A DNA stretch of 64,000 bases from a virus (taxonomy: Duplodnaviria; Caudoviricetes): positions 3,242-67,241 of IMG/VR virus record IMGVR_UViG_2563366732_000001. The stretch is one strand, 5' to 3'. This document shows positions 1-9,308 of the stretch, piece by piece. Every line of letters begins with the position of its first letter. The stretch's first letter is position 1. The translations under genes and the position numbers were made by a program. The notes below the pieces were generated by a model. It did no database searches. It saw only the letters and a list, made by a program, of their open reading frames with translations, and was not told the origin of the DNA.

Positions 1-2
1 TA

Positions 3-134
3 GCAAAAGCAATACATAGAAGTACATCGCTAGTTTGTGATATAGAGAAAGGGAGAAAAAAACCAAGTATGCCTGTTATGGTAGAAATAGCGAAAGTATT
101 AGAAATATCATTAGATAGTACGTTTTTAAAATAA
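3..134 (+). CDS. XRE/Cro-like HTH protein, C-terminal part (5' end outside the window)
   Basis: Manual translation AKAIHRSTSLVCDIEKGRKKPSMPVMVEIAKVLEISLDSTFLK*, a typical XRE helix pattern. Confidence 0.75.
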   Translation, partial: AKAIHRSTSLVCDIEKGRKKPSMPVMVEIAKVLEISLDSTFLK

Positions 135-247
135 AATTACGCTTTATGAGTAAAATACATCAATTAATATACTTGAAATTCCCAAAACAATAAGTAATAG
201 GACAATCAATTTAAAACATAAAAATCATTAAAGGGAGGCGGTGATAT

Positions 248-418
248 ATGTATAGCAAAGTTAAATCAGTAACTATGGAAATACCAGAAGATTTAGTTGA
301 ATTACAAAAAATATATGCAAGAACAATAGTAAAAATACTTGTAAAAAAATTATCATCGAAACAACTTGATGAATTAATAGAGAAAGTTTTTGATAGAAAT
401 ATAAATTTCCATCATTAG
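248..418 (+). CDS. Small phage hypothetical protein (56 aa)
   Basis: RBS AAGGGAGG, then MYSKVKSVTMEIPEDLVELQKIYARTIV... Confidence 0.6.
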   Translation: MYSKVKSVTMEIPEDLVELQKIYARTIVKILVKKLSSKQLDELIEKVFDRNINFHH

Positions 419-433
419 AAAGAAGGAGTAAGA

Positions 434-1237
434 GTGAACAACTTAATACCAATTGAGTTTAATAATCAGAGAATCATGACAACTAAAATTTTGGCGGATG
501 AATTTGGAACAGAGGAAAAGAACATTCAAATGAATTTTTCAAACAATCAAAGCAGATTTATTGAAGGAAAACATTATGTTAAATTATGGGGACAAGCATT
601 GAAGGATTTCAAAAATAGCTTACCAAATGAAATTAGAAAACCTTTAAAATTTGTACCACAACTTATTTTATGGACAGATCGAGGAGTAGCAAGACATGCA
701 AAAATATTAGAAACTGATGAAGCATGGGAAGTGTACGAGCAATTAGAAGAAACTTATTTCAGGGTAAAGCAGAACAATATTGAATTTGACGAGCTTAGCC
801 CAGCGTTAAAAATGTTTAAGCAGATGTTTCAGGTAATAGCACAAGATGAATTGGAACAGAAGAAATTACAGAGATCGGTAACAGAAACAAAGAAAGAAGT
901 ACAAGACATAAGAGATGTAATAACACTTAATCCAAGTGCCGCATGGAGAATGGAGTGTAATAGGATACTAAATGCAATTGGAAGAGAAACTGGAGATTAT
1001 AAAGCACCTAAAGATCAAGTATACACAGCATTAAAAACTAGAGCAAGTTGCAGACCCAATGTTTTAATATCAAATCTACAGAAAAGAGCAAAAGCAAATG
1101 GAATGGCTCCAAGCAAAATTGAAAAATTGAATTTACTAGATGTACTTGAAAATGAACCAAGATTAAAGGAAATCTACGTAACTATAGTAAAAGAAATGGC
1201 TGTTAAAAATAAAGTAAGTCTTAGGTGGGATATGTAG
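434..1237 (+). CDS. ORF6N-domain phage antirepressor-like protein
   Basis: N-terminal IEFNNQRIMTT...FIEGKHY...LWTDRGVARHAKILETDEAWEVYEQLEETYF; early-region position. Confidence 0.85.
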   Translation: MNNLIPIEFNNQRIMTTKILADEFGTEEKNIQMNFSNNQSRFIEGKHYVKLWGQALKDFKNSLPNEIRKPLKFVPQLILWTDRGVARHAKILETDEAWEVYEQLEETYFRVKQNNIEFDELSPALKMFKQMFQVIAQDELEQKKLQRSVTETKKEVQDIRDVITLNPSAAWRMECNRILNAIGRETGDYKAPKDQVYTALKTRASCRPNVLISNLQKRAKANGMAPSKIEKLNLLDVLENEPRLKEIYVTIVKEMAVKNKVSLRWDM

Positions 1238-1239
1238 AG

Positions 1240-1389
1240 ATGAATAATCGTCAAAAAGCAATCAATCAGATTTCAAAAGATGATATGAGATATAGCATAT
1301 TTGGATTTCGTAAAACAAGGATATTAAGTAGGAAGAATGTTAGAGACTTAGATTTTGAAGAGTTGATAATTTATAAAAATTTGAGGTGA
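1240..1389 (+). CDS. Small phage protein (49 aa), paralog of 27731..27892
   Basis: MNNRQKAINQI...FRKTR...DLDFEELIIYKNLR aligns with MNNRQKVINKI...FRKTR...DLDFHTLLIYKNLG. Confidence 0.65.
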   Translation: MNNRQKAINQISKDDMRYSIFGFRKTRILSRKNVRDLDFEELIIYKNLR

Positions 1390-1580
1390 AGCTGATGGAT
1401 ATTAAGCAAACACAACCAATTGAGAAACCATATAATTATGACTTTGACCAAGAAAAAATATATGACACTAAGACAGGCTGTACTGTAGCTGAAATAAATA
1501 TTGAAGGTGTGTTAAGTAAAATTTTCAAGGATGGTGGAAAGTTAAATGATAAGAAAAATACTAGAGGAGGATGGAATTAA
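1386..1580 (+). CDS. Phage hypothetical protein
   Basis: ORF in a tightly packed operon. Confidence 0.5.
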   Translation: MKLMDIKQTQPIEKPYNYDFDQEKIYDTKTGCTVAEINIEGVLSKIFKDGGKLNDKKNTRGGWN

Positions 1581-1731
1581 ACTTACAGACAAGGAATTTA
1601 AGAAGGTTATGAAAGCGGCTACCCAGGATATTAAATTTAATCGTATCGGTTTTAAAAAGAAAACAGATTCAAATGAAATGATTGATATTGTAAAAATATG
1701 TTGCGTTGTAAGAGAAAGATCGGAGGAGTGA
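1546..1731 (+). CDS. Phage hypothetical protein, paralog of 28848..29060
   Basis: MIRKILEEDGIKLTDKEFKKVM...DIKFNRIGF aligns with MIRSLLENQGVNLTDLEFKEIM...DIRENRIKF. Confidence 0.7.
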   Translation: MIRKILEEDGIKLTDKEFKKVMKAATQDIKFNRIGFKKKTDSNEMIDIVKICCVVRERSEE

Positions 1732-1734
1732 TAG

Positions 1735-2043
1735 ATGATGATTAATAAAAAACATACTGACTCTATTAGAGAAAGGGTATTATGCATTGCTAATTACACT
1801 TTAGAAACTAAAAGCGACATCAGAAGTACTGCTAAAAAGTTTTTCGTAAGTAAGAGCACTGTTCATTCAGATTTGAGTAAGAAACTTAAAAAAATAGATC
1901 CAGTATTGTATTCAAAGATACATGTGATACTTATAGAAAATAAGTATGAAGGTCAATTAAAAGGTGGTGAAAGTACCAAGAAAAGATATAGTTATCATTT
2001 TCAAGAACAAAAAAAGAACTCTCGGCAAAGAGTTCAAATGTAA
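1735..2043 (+). CDS. spoIIID: SpoIIID-like sporulation transcription factor (phage-borne)
   Basis: IRERVLCIANY.LETKS.IRSTAKKFFVSKSTVHSDLSKKL..IDP.L...KGGESTKKRY matches the SpoIIID signature (VSKSTVHKDL, RGGEATK). Confidence 0.85.
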   Translation: MMINKKHTDSIRERVLCIANYTLETKSDIRSTAKKFFVSKSTVHSDLSKKLKKIDPVLYSKIHVILIENKYEGQLKGGESTKKRYSYHFQEQKKNSRQRVQM

Positions 2044-2097
2044 CAATCCAACTACATTATATAAAAGAAAATAGAAAAAATCAAATGGGGGAGAAGA

Positions 2098-3042
2098 ATG
2101 TATAAAACATTAGCTAAAACTAAATTAATGACCGAACTTGAATGGCTAAAAAGTAGACAACAAGGTATTGGTGGAAGTGATGCAGGAGCAATCCTCGGGG
2201 TTAATAAATGGAGGACACCTTTCCAGGTATATATAGATAAAACTCAAGAAATCATTGAAACTAATGAGTCAAGTGAAGCCGCTTATTGGGGAAATCAACT
2301 TGAAGATGTAGTTGCAAAAGAGTTTTTTAAGAGAAGAGGTAAAAAAGTTAGAAGGAGAAACGCAATACTTCAAAGCATTGAATATCCTTTTATGACTGCC
2401 AATTTGGATAGAGAGATTGTAGGAGAAAATGCTTTGCTTGAATGTAAGACAGTAAATGTATTTGGAGCTAAAGACTGGGATTCTGATGAAATACCTGCAA
2501 GCTATTTGGTGCAAGTAATGCATTATTTAGCAGTAACAGGATATGGAAAAGCTTATATAGCGGTGCTTATAGGCGGACAACATTTTATATATAAAGAAGT
2601 AGATAGAGATGAAGCACTTATAAAAATGATTATTAAAGCAGAAAAAGACTTCTGGGAGAATAATGTTGTTAAAAAATCACCGCCTGCATTAGATGGTTCT
2701 AGTGCAGCAGAAAAATATTTAAAGGAAAAGTATAAGGATTCTAACCCTGAATTAATCGTCGATTTGAAATCAGAGTACAAAGATAAAATAAAAGACTATT
2801 TTGAACTTAAAAATACAATAAAAGAGCTAGACGGGCAGGCAAAAGAAATTGAAAATAATATAAAGCTTGAAATGGGAGAAGCAGAAAAAGGCTACGCATT
2901 GGATTATGAAATTGATTGGAAAACCATAACTTCAAATAAATTTAATAGTAAAGAGTTTAAGAAGGATCATCCAGAGTTTTTCAAACAATATTTGAATACA
3001 AACTCATATCGAAAGTTCAGTATCAAGGAGGTAAAAGAATAA
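2098..3042 (+). CDS. YqaJ-like viral recombinase/exonuclease
   Basis: EWLKSRQQGIGGSDAGAILGVNKW, ANLDR, LLECKT and YLVQVMHYLAVTG motifs. Confidence 0.92.
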   Translation: MYKTLAKTKLMTELEWLKSRQQGIGGSDAGAILGVNKWRTPFQVYIDKTQEIIETNESSEAAYWGNQLEDVVAKEFFKRRGKKVRRRNAILQSIEYPFMTANLDREIVGENALLECKTVNVFGAKDWDSDEIPASYLVQVMHYLAVTGYGKAYIAVLIGGQHFIYKEVDRDEALIKMIIKAEKDFWENNVVKKSPPALDGSSAAEKYLKEKYKDSNPELIVDLKSEYKDKIKDYFELKNTIKELDGQAKEIENNIKLEMGEAEKGYALDYEIDWKTITSNKFNSKEFKKDHPEFFKQYLNTNSYRKFSIKEVKE

Positions 3043-3215
3043 TGGATTTAGCCTTTAATACATTGATTAGTAATTTAAACGCACAGATAAAGGCATTAAA
3101 CGATAATAATTTTAAATTATATGATGCTGAAAACCGTGAGTATTTTATAGACACTATTAGATATGACAAAGACGAAGACAAATTGGTATGTGAATTTAAG
3201 GAGGATGAAGAGTAA
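3042..3215 (+). CDS. Small phage protein (57 aa), similar to the C-terminal half of 28281..28646
   Basis: LNAQIKALNDNNFKLYDAENREYFIDTIRYDK aligns with INSQMRILNENGYLIHDAENLEFVISQIRYDK. Confidence 0.65.
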   Translation: MDLAFNTLISNLNAQIKALNDNNFKLYDAENREYFIDTIRYDKDEDKLVCEFKEDEE

Positions 3216-3757
3216 TGGCTACAAGTGAGAGTTTAAAAAATCAATTAGTTAATAAGGAGACTAGACCACCTAAAGATCCATTTAAGGCATTGGTTTATTC
3301 CGCAGGTATAAAGAAAAGATTTGAAGATATGCTTGATAAACAAGCGAATGGATTTATAACAAGCTTACTTAATTTGAAACAGGATAAATTAAAAAGTTGT
3401 GATGATTTCACGGTTCTTGGGAGTGCGTTGAAAGCCGCAGCTTTAAAGCTACCCATTGATCCTAACCTTGGTTTTGCTTGGATAATACCTTTTAAAAATC
3501 ATGGAAAATTGGAAGCACAGTTTCAAATAGGATATAAAGGATTTATTCAAATGGCTCAGAGATCAGGACAGTATAAAAAACTTAATGTAACAGAAATTTA
3601 TGAGGGACAACTCAAAAGTTTTAATCCTTTAACTGAAGAGATAGTGCTTGATTTAGACAATATCAAATCTGATTTAAGGAAGATAAACAAGAGGTACCTG
3701 ATAGTCATGAGGATGAATTTGCTGGCACTCCATTTGAGAAAGATAAGTAAAGGCTAG
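3215..3757 (+). pseudogene. recT: RecT-family recombinase with an internal deletion and frameshift
   Basis: RecT motifs (LPIDPNLGFAWIIPF, AQFQIGYKGFIQMAQRSGQY) stop at about residue 153. An acidic tail ending ...EDEFAGTPFEKDK* lies in another frame (stop at 3750). Confidence 0.8.
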
Positions 3758-3770
3758 GCAAAATAAGAAG

Positions 3771-4661
3771 GTGATAGAGTGGCAGATGGTAGAGAGAGGT
3801 TGGATATGTTTATACAGAAAAATTCAAGATAGTTGGTTGTGGAAGGAGAAACCTTTCTCAAAAGGGCAGGCATGGATTGATCTTCTACTAAGTGCCAACC
3901 ATCAAGACAAAAAAACATTATTTGATAGTAATTTGATTGAAGTTAAAAGGGGGCAATTTATAACATCAATAAGGAAATTATGTGAAAAATGGGGATGGAG
4001 TAATTCTAAAGTAAAAAGGCTCTTAGAATTATTAAAAACTGATGGGATGATAACTTATAAAAGCGACACTAAAAAAACCACTATAAATATAGTGAATTAC
4101 GGGATTTACCAAGATATGGGCATCACTAAAAGCACCACAGAAACGTCACCAATCAATCACAGAAGCATCACAGAAACGCCACAGAAACATACAAACAACA
4201 ATGTAAACAATGATAACAAGTATAGTCTGAACTCAAATGAGTTTAGACTCTCCCAATATTTATTCAATCATATTAAAGAGAATAACCCTAATGCTAAGGA
4301 ACCCAATTTTGAAACATGGTCCAGGCATTTTGATTATATCTTAAGAATTGATAAGAGAGACATAGAAGAGGTTAAGGCAATAATTAAATGGTGTCAGCAT
4401 GATAGCTTTTGGTACATGAATATTCTTAGTCCCGATAAGCTACGTAAGAAATACGACACGTTAGTGCTACAGATGAATGATCCTAAGAAGAATGTTAATA
4501 GCAAACAAGGCAAAGTAACTAATTTTGCTAATTATCCAGAGCAAAGGCAATATGATTTTAATGATCTTGAAGATAAACTTTTAAATAAAGCAGTAATACC
4601 ACAATCGGATGATGGTGACAGTGAATATGATGAACTTCGAAAGAAACTTATAGGAAAGTGA
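3771..4661 (+). CDS. Phage replication initiation protein (replisome organiser type)
   Basis: GWICLYRKIQD...AWIDLLLSANH...KRGQFITSIRKLCEKWGWS winged-HTH N-terminus; FW..NILSP.KLRKKYD C-terminal motif. Confidence 0.85.
   Translation: MIEWQMVERGWICLYRKIQDSWLWKEKPFSKGQAWIDLLLSANHQDKKTLFDSNLIEVKRGQFITSIRKLCEKWGWSNSKVKRLLELLKTDGMITYKSDTKKTTINIVNYGIYQDMGITKSTTETSPINHRSITETPQKHTNNNVNNDNKYSLNSNEFRLSQYLFNHIKENNPNAKEPNFETWSRHFDYILRIDKRDIEEVKAIIKWCQHDSFWYMNILSPDKLRKKYDTLVLQMNDPKKNVNSKQGKVTNFANYPEQRQYDFNDLEDKLLNKAVIPQSDDGDSEYDELRKKLIGK
4136..4188 (+). repeat. Iteron-like CACAGAA(A/G)C repeats, candidate phage replication origin
   Basis: Copies at 4136, 4158, 4169 and 4180 (11/22-bp phasing) inside the initiator gene, followed by an A-rich tract. 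Confidence 0.65.
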
Positions 4662-4671
4662 GGCGTTTGGT

Positions 4672-4812
4672 GTGAAAGTAAAACAACTTACAGAGCTAGA
4701 TCGTTTAGAACTTTCACTTAAATATAGTATTTCAGAAAAACATAAAAAAATATTGATTGAGAGAATAAATGAGATAAAGAACAGTCAGATTAGTATGTTT
4801 GAAATAAAATAA
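4672..4812 (+). CDS. Small phage protein (46 aa), paralog of 30121..30279
   Basis: KQLTELDRLELSLKYSISEKHKK aligns with KELTELEKLKLSFKYSISEIHKK. Confidence 0.65.
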   Translation: MKVKQLTELDRLELSLKYSISEKHKKILIERINEIKNSQISMFEIK

Positions 4813-4904
4813 AAATGAATTTAAACTTTTGTAGTAAGCAAATTTAGAAATTGATTTTATAAAGTAAGTCTATGTCTAAAAATGATATTTCATAAAATAG
4901 AAGT

Positions 4905-5357
4905 TCATTTATTAAAAACTCCGATTTTTTTAAGTTTATGATAGTACCAATAACCTGTTATATATGGAGGTATATAAGACAAAAATGTCCAGCCAATATT
5001 CCATCCATTATTATAGGTTACCATTCCAAACATTAAACCTAAATACTCCGCTACCGTAGTCATAAAAGTGAAAATCATGATAATTATATACGGCGATGTC
5101 TTTTTTATTTGAATATAATATATTAAATAACAGCCTAATATAGGATATAAACCTAGATTTATTGTCATGGTTGTGATGTCATCATTAATTAAAGGTGCAA
5201 ATCTATTAAAATCGAGATCAAATAAAGCTTCATTTACAATATATGCCCATACTGACATAAATGGAGCAATAACTAATAAGGTTTTTTTATCTTTAAAATA
5301 AAGTAATACCCCAAAGATCCAAGGAATAATAAATCCTAATATTATATTTAGAATCAT
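4905..5357 (-). CDS. CBO0543-family-like multi-pass membrane protein (accessory gene)
   Basis: Hydrophobic, with NLGLYP and TVAEY..L.FGMVTYNNGWNIGWTF motifs; opposite strand with its own RBS (AGGAGA). Confidence 0.7.
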   Translation of the reverse strand: MILNIILGFIIPWIFGVLLYFKDKKTLLVIAPFMSVWAYIVNEALFDLDFNRFAPLINDDITTMTINLGLYPILGCYLIYYIQIKKTSPYIIIMIFTFMTTVAEYLGLMFGMVTYNNGWNIGWTFLSYIPPYITGYWYYHKLKKIGVFNK

Positions 5358-5471
5358 GTAGTCATCTCCTATCTAATATTATAGTTTTATTATTTCCTAA
5401 ACAATTTTTTTTATAATTAATCTAATGAACAGTACAAATAGATTGTAATCAATAAATAAGCAGGTGAGGAA

Positions 5472-5672
5472 ATGAATGATAAATATTTAATTCTATCTAT
5501 GGCAAAAACAGAAATAGAAAAGAAATTAGAGAAGGCTGAGAAAAAAGTAAGAGATACATCAGCCAAGCTACAACAGCATGATCCATTCAAAAGTACAAAA
5601 CGAAAAGGTGTAAGACTAAGAATAAATGCAGAACTAGCAGCAGAGGAAAGGGATAGATGGAGAAAAGATTAG
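5472..5672 (+). CDS. Phage hypothetical protein (possibly truncated)
   Basis: RBS AGGTGAGG; ORF track. Confidence 0.55.
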   Translation: MNDKYLILSMAKTEIEKKLEKAEKKVRDTSAKLQQHDPFKSTKRKGVRLRINAELAAEERDRWRKD

Positions 5673-5753
5673 AGATAACAAATCAAATGTTGATGGAAGC
5701 TAGCAAATGAGTTGTTGCGAATAATATTTTACGTGTTATAGGGGATGGATTTT

Positions 5754-5888
5754 ATGGGTAAATTCACAGAAATATCACTCAGGATGAAAGCAGACATAGA
5801 GAAAAAGCATAAAAATGCCGAAAGAAAAAAACAATGGATTGCAAATAATTATAAATATAGCAAAATAGCCAGTAGAAAACGGAAATGA
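5754..5888 (+). CDS. Small basic hypothetical protein (44 aa)
   Basis: RBS AGGGGA, then MGKFTEISLRMKADIEKK... Confidence 0.5.
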   Translation: MGKFTEISLRMKADIEKKHKNAERKKQWIANNYKYSKIASRKRK

Positions 5889-5899
5889 GGAGGGCAAAT

Positions 5900-6235
5900 A
5901 TGACTAATTCAAAGCAAAAGGGCGCTCGTGGGGAGCGTGAATTATCATCTAAATTAAAAGAGTATGGCTATAGAACTAGACGTGGACAACAATATTGTGG
6001 AGCCAATGGTGATGCCGACGTTGTTGGGCTAAATGGCGTACATATTGAAGTAAAAAGAGTTGAAAGATTAAAAATTATATATGATGCAATAACTCAAGCT
6101 AAAACGGATGCTAACGAGGGAGAAATGCCTACAGTATTTCATAGGAAAGATAGATGTGAATGGCTAGTAACTCTTAGATTAGATGATTATATGAAAATGT
6201 ATAGAGCTTATGAAGAGTTAAAAGGGGCTGTGTGA
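5900..6235 (+). CDS. Holliday junction resolvase (Hjc-like PD-(D/E)xK nuclease)
   Basis: SKQKGARGERE...DADVVG...HIEVKR; ATG at 5900 after RBS GAGGAGG. Confidence 0.85.
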   Translation: MTNSKQKGARGERELSSKLKEYGYRTRRGQQYCGANGDADVVGLNGVHIEVKRVERLKIIYDAITQAKTDANEGEMPTVFHRKDRCEWLVTLRLDDYMKMYRAYEELKGAV

Positions 6236-6536
6236 ACGAAATTTACAGGTAACCCAAGTAGCAAATACTTTTTTAATCCAGGAAAGTTTGATGAAGATGA
6301 ATAATTAACAGAATTGTACTTTGAAAATTAAATTATACAGTGTAAAAAAACGTCGTTTTTCGACAAATATTTCATTGAAACAATATAAAAAAGATGTTAT
6401 AATTTCAGTGCAAGTTAAGTAGGATTGGCAATTTGTTATGAAGTAAGATGTTTTGAAAGTATTTACTCGAATTTGGGGATCTATGTAATTGGGTTTTGAA
6501 TAAGCATTATATTAAAATAATTTTGGAAGTGATGTT

Positions 6537-7004
6537 ATGGGATATACCGTTATAGATGTGATTAATAAAGCTATAAATATTGCAATTCGAAAAAAAACTG
6601 TATATGAGAGTGTGGGACAAGGGGAATTGGATATTCCATCCATACAGATAATGTCAAAGGTCTTAGTAAAACAAATAGATAGAACCATTAAGTATTATGA
6701 GGAATTAAAAGATGAAGTAAGCGAAGCAAAGTTTGAAGAAATTAATTTCTATATATATGATAAAATGTCTTTTTTAATAGATGAGTTTAATAAAAATATA
6801 TATGCAACAGAAATTAATAATAATAAAGAGTATTTGAAGTTTTCACTTGATTTAGAGAAGAATAGCAAAGCGCTACTTATTGATGTCCAAGGTAGATTTG
6901 TGAAAAACACAACTGATATACATACAAAAACATATAAAATATTATCGGATATGATTAATAATAAAGATAAGCTTATTACAACCCTTGAAACGATTGTAAA
7001 ATAA
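6537..7004 (+). CDS. Conserved hypothetical helical protein (accessory cassette gene)
   Basis: Intact 155-aa ORF with its own upstream region and a downstream hairpin at 7105-7140. Confidence 0.7.
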   Translation: MGYTVIDVINKAINIAIRKKTVYESVGQGELDIPSIQIMSKVLVKQIDRTIKYYEELKDEVSEAKFEEINFYIYDKMSFLIDEFNKNIYATEINNNKEYLKFSLDLEKNSKALLIDVQGRFVKNTTDIHTKTYKILSDMINNKDKLITTLETIVK

Positions 7005-7104
7005 AATTTACTCTTGAAGTTTTTTCTGAATATTTTTGTTAAGAATGAGTAATAATGTTATTATTTAAGGACTTAATTATAAAAATCGAATAATTATTTT
7101 AAAG

Positions 7105-7140
7105 GCCGTATTATTCAGAAATGAATCTTATGGCATTTTT
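7105..7140 (+). terminator. GAAA-loop terminator-like hairpin (cassette right boundary)
   Basis: GCCGTATTATTCA-GAAA-TGAATCTTATGGC followed by ATTTTT; 18 nt identical to 33119-33136. Confidence 0.6.
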
Positions 7141-7228
7141 GCGTTGAAAAATAAATTAGTTAGTCGAAACAAAGAAACATGAAGATTTTGAGAAGAGTTG
7201 AATATATGGGAAAGTAGGAGGTGGCACT

Positions 7229-7657
7229 ATGAATTATTATAAAGCCGTTGAGGCTATGTTATACGGTTACAAAGCAATGCATGCTGAGATTAAAAATATA
7301 GATTTAGAAATCGCTGAGTTAGAAAATCAATATCAAGGGTGTGGATCTATTTCATACGAGGAAAAGTCAGCTCCAACCAATAAATTTAACAGTCCAGTTG
7401 AAAATGAAATGATAGAAAGAAGATATAAACCAGAGTGGCTTAAAAAAAGGAAACACAAGCTAGAGGTGCAAATAGAAAAAATCGATAATGCTCTTGGGAT
7501 ACTAAGCGATAGAGAATATAAAATAATAGAACTTAGGTATTTTGAGAATATATCCAATAAAGATGTAGCCGCAAGACTGGAGTTAACGGAGCAGAGGGTA
7601 AGTGAAGTTAAGTCTAAGATAATAAATAAATTAATTAGCTTGGTGCTCGTAGTGTAG
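7229..7657 (+). CDS. ArpU/RinA-like late transcriptional regulator (sigma70 region-4-like C-terminus)
   Basis: IEKIDNALGILSDREYKIIELRYF....KDVAARLELTEQRVSEVK; last gene of the early/middle module. Confidence 0.85.
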   Translation: MNYYKAVEAMLYGYKAMHAEIKNIDLEIAELENQYQGCGSISYEEKSAPTNKFNSPVENEMIERRYKPEWLKKRKHKLEVQIEKIDNALGILSDREYKIIELRYFENISNKDVAARLELTEQRVSEVKSKIINKLISLVLVV

Positions 7658-7815
7658 GGTTGGAAAATAAGTTTATTGAAAGTTGATAAATGGAATAGTT
7701 TGTACTATTATATAAATATTAGTTAAAATAGATGATGAAATTATGTTATTAGTTACTTCGGAATAGTAAAAAATTGTGTAATAAACGATTAATTTTAGAT
7801 TGGGGTAAAAATTAT

Positions 7816-8295
7816 ATGAAGAAAATAACTAGATATTTAAAAAAGCACTATAGGGATGTCGAAAGTGACTTAAGATATTTTAATATAGACCTGTCTAAAA
7901 AATCGTGGTATGGAATGTGGCACATCCATTTAGATTGGGATGGAATAACTTCCACGAGTGATAAGCATAGAAAAATTCACATTTTGTATTATCTTAAGAT
8001 TTTTGAGAAAATCGATAAACAAACAAAAGAAAGTAAAAGAGATTTTCAAACGTGGATATATTTAGATGGGTATGATGGAGTTGATGATGCCATTTACTTC
8101 CATACTGAAAATCCAGAATGTGATTTTCCTTATCGATTAGATAATATTGAATGGAATATAGAAATTCCTCCAATACTTAAAGGCTTATTGGATTTATCAA
8201 AGTTCAATATTGGTATGCTTAATGATAAAAAAGAAAATGCACATTCATATATAATCCAAAGAAAAGGATTAGGATTGGATATAAACAAAGGATAA
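7816..8295 (+). CDS. Hypothetical accessory protein
   Basis: Intact ORF; ATG at 7816 after GGGGT. Confidence 0.65.
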   Translation: MKKITRYLKKHYRDVESDLRYFNIDLSKKSWYGMWHIHLDWDGITSTSDKHRKIHILYYLKIFEKIDKQTKESKRDFQTWIYLDGYDGVDDAIYFHTENPECDFPYRLDNIEWNIEIPPILKGLLDLSKFNIGMLNDKKENAHSYIIQRKGLGLDINKG

Positions 8296-8380
8296 ATATT
8301 GAACGTCACAATATTAATTTACTGTTGAATAATAGTAAATTAATACTAAGAGATTAATATGTGTAGATTGGAGATAAAGT

Positions 8381-8824
8381 ATGAATTGGATAGAAGTTAA
8401 AACAAAAGATGATATAAAGAATTTATTAGATGTATTTGATTTTTTTCATGATGGGTGTCTAAGAGAAATACACTTATGGAACAGTTATTATATTGGAAGT
8501 GATTTATCAATGGCGGCAGGAGAAGGGACATTAAATGCGAAAGTAATCTTTCAAAGGCAATCTAAAAATCCTTCCGCAATAGAAGTTTGTTTCAGCGAAG
8601 TCCAAAGGATGAACATCGTTGCAACTAACCCTAATTACTGGTATATGATATTAGGTGCGTCATTATTTTATAAAGGAGGCTTATATTACTGGGCAGATGA
8701 AGAACAGTGGAATATTAGTGAACCAAGTAATAGTGAAATAATGTGGATTTCTGCTAAAGGGATAAAATGGCGTGATAAAAGTGAATGGATGAAAGATACG
8801 TTAAGGTATGGTTCAAGAGAATAA
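8381..8824 (+). CDS. Hypothetical accessory protein (FHDGCLRE motif)
   Basis: Intact ORF with RBS GGAGA. Confidence 0.7.
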   Translation: MNWIEVKTKDDIKNLLDVFDFFHDGCLREIHLWNSYYIGSDLSMAAGEGTLNAKVIFQRQSKNPSAIEVCFSEVQRMNIVATNPNYWYMILGASLFYKGGLYYWADEEQWNISEPSNSEIMWISAKGIKWRDKSEWMKDTLRYGSRE

Positions 8825-8896
8825 GTATCTTTAAAGTGTTTCACAGTTTTCTTATAAGACGAACAATTATTTAACAAATAAAGGAGATGTTAATAA

Positions 8897-9262
8897 GTGA
8901 AGATAAAGAAAATATTAACTCGCTTATATGTACATGATATAAATACATCTATAGATTTTTACAAAAAATTATTGAATCAAGATTGTGATTTATTATTTAA
9001 GTATAGTGAGATGAATTTAGACTTAGCACAAATAGGTAACATTTTAATTTTAAGTGGTACTGATGATGCATTAAAACCATTTAAGGATACAAGAGCAACT
9101 TTTTTAGTAGATTCTGTCATTGAATTTAGAGAATTCTTATTAAAGAATGGTGCTGTAATTATTAGAGACTTAAAGAAAGTTCCAACAGGAATGAATTTGA
9201 CTGTGAAACATTTAGATGGCACTATAATTGAATATGTTGAACACAAAAATGTTAATACATAG
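8897..9262 (+). CDS. VOC/glyoxalase-bleomycin resistance family protein
   Basis: ILTRLYVHDI..SIDFYKKLL, ATFLVDSV and HLDGTIIEYVE motifs. Confidence 0.85.
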   Translation: MKIKKILTRLYVHDINTSIDFYKKLLNQDCDLLFKYSEMNLDLAQIGNILILSGTDDALKPFKDTRATFLVDSVIEFREFLLKNGAVIIRDLKKVPTGMNLTVKHLDGTIIEYVEHKNVNT

Positions 9263-9308
9263 TTTTTTGACTTAGCATCACAATTGAAAACTTGAATAAT
9301 TATTTAAA

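Noticed and set aside
1542-2780. Minus-strand ORFs overlapping early genes (and similar short antisense ORFs across the window)
   Set aside because: They fully overlap well-supported plus-strand genes and have no RBS or motifs.
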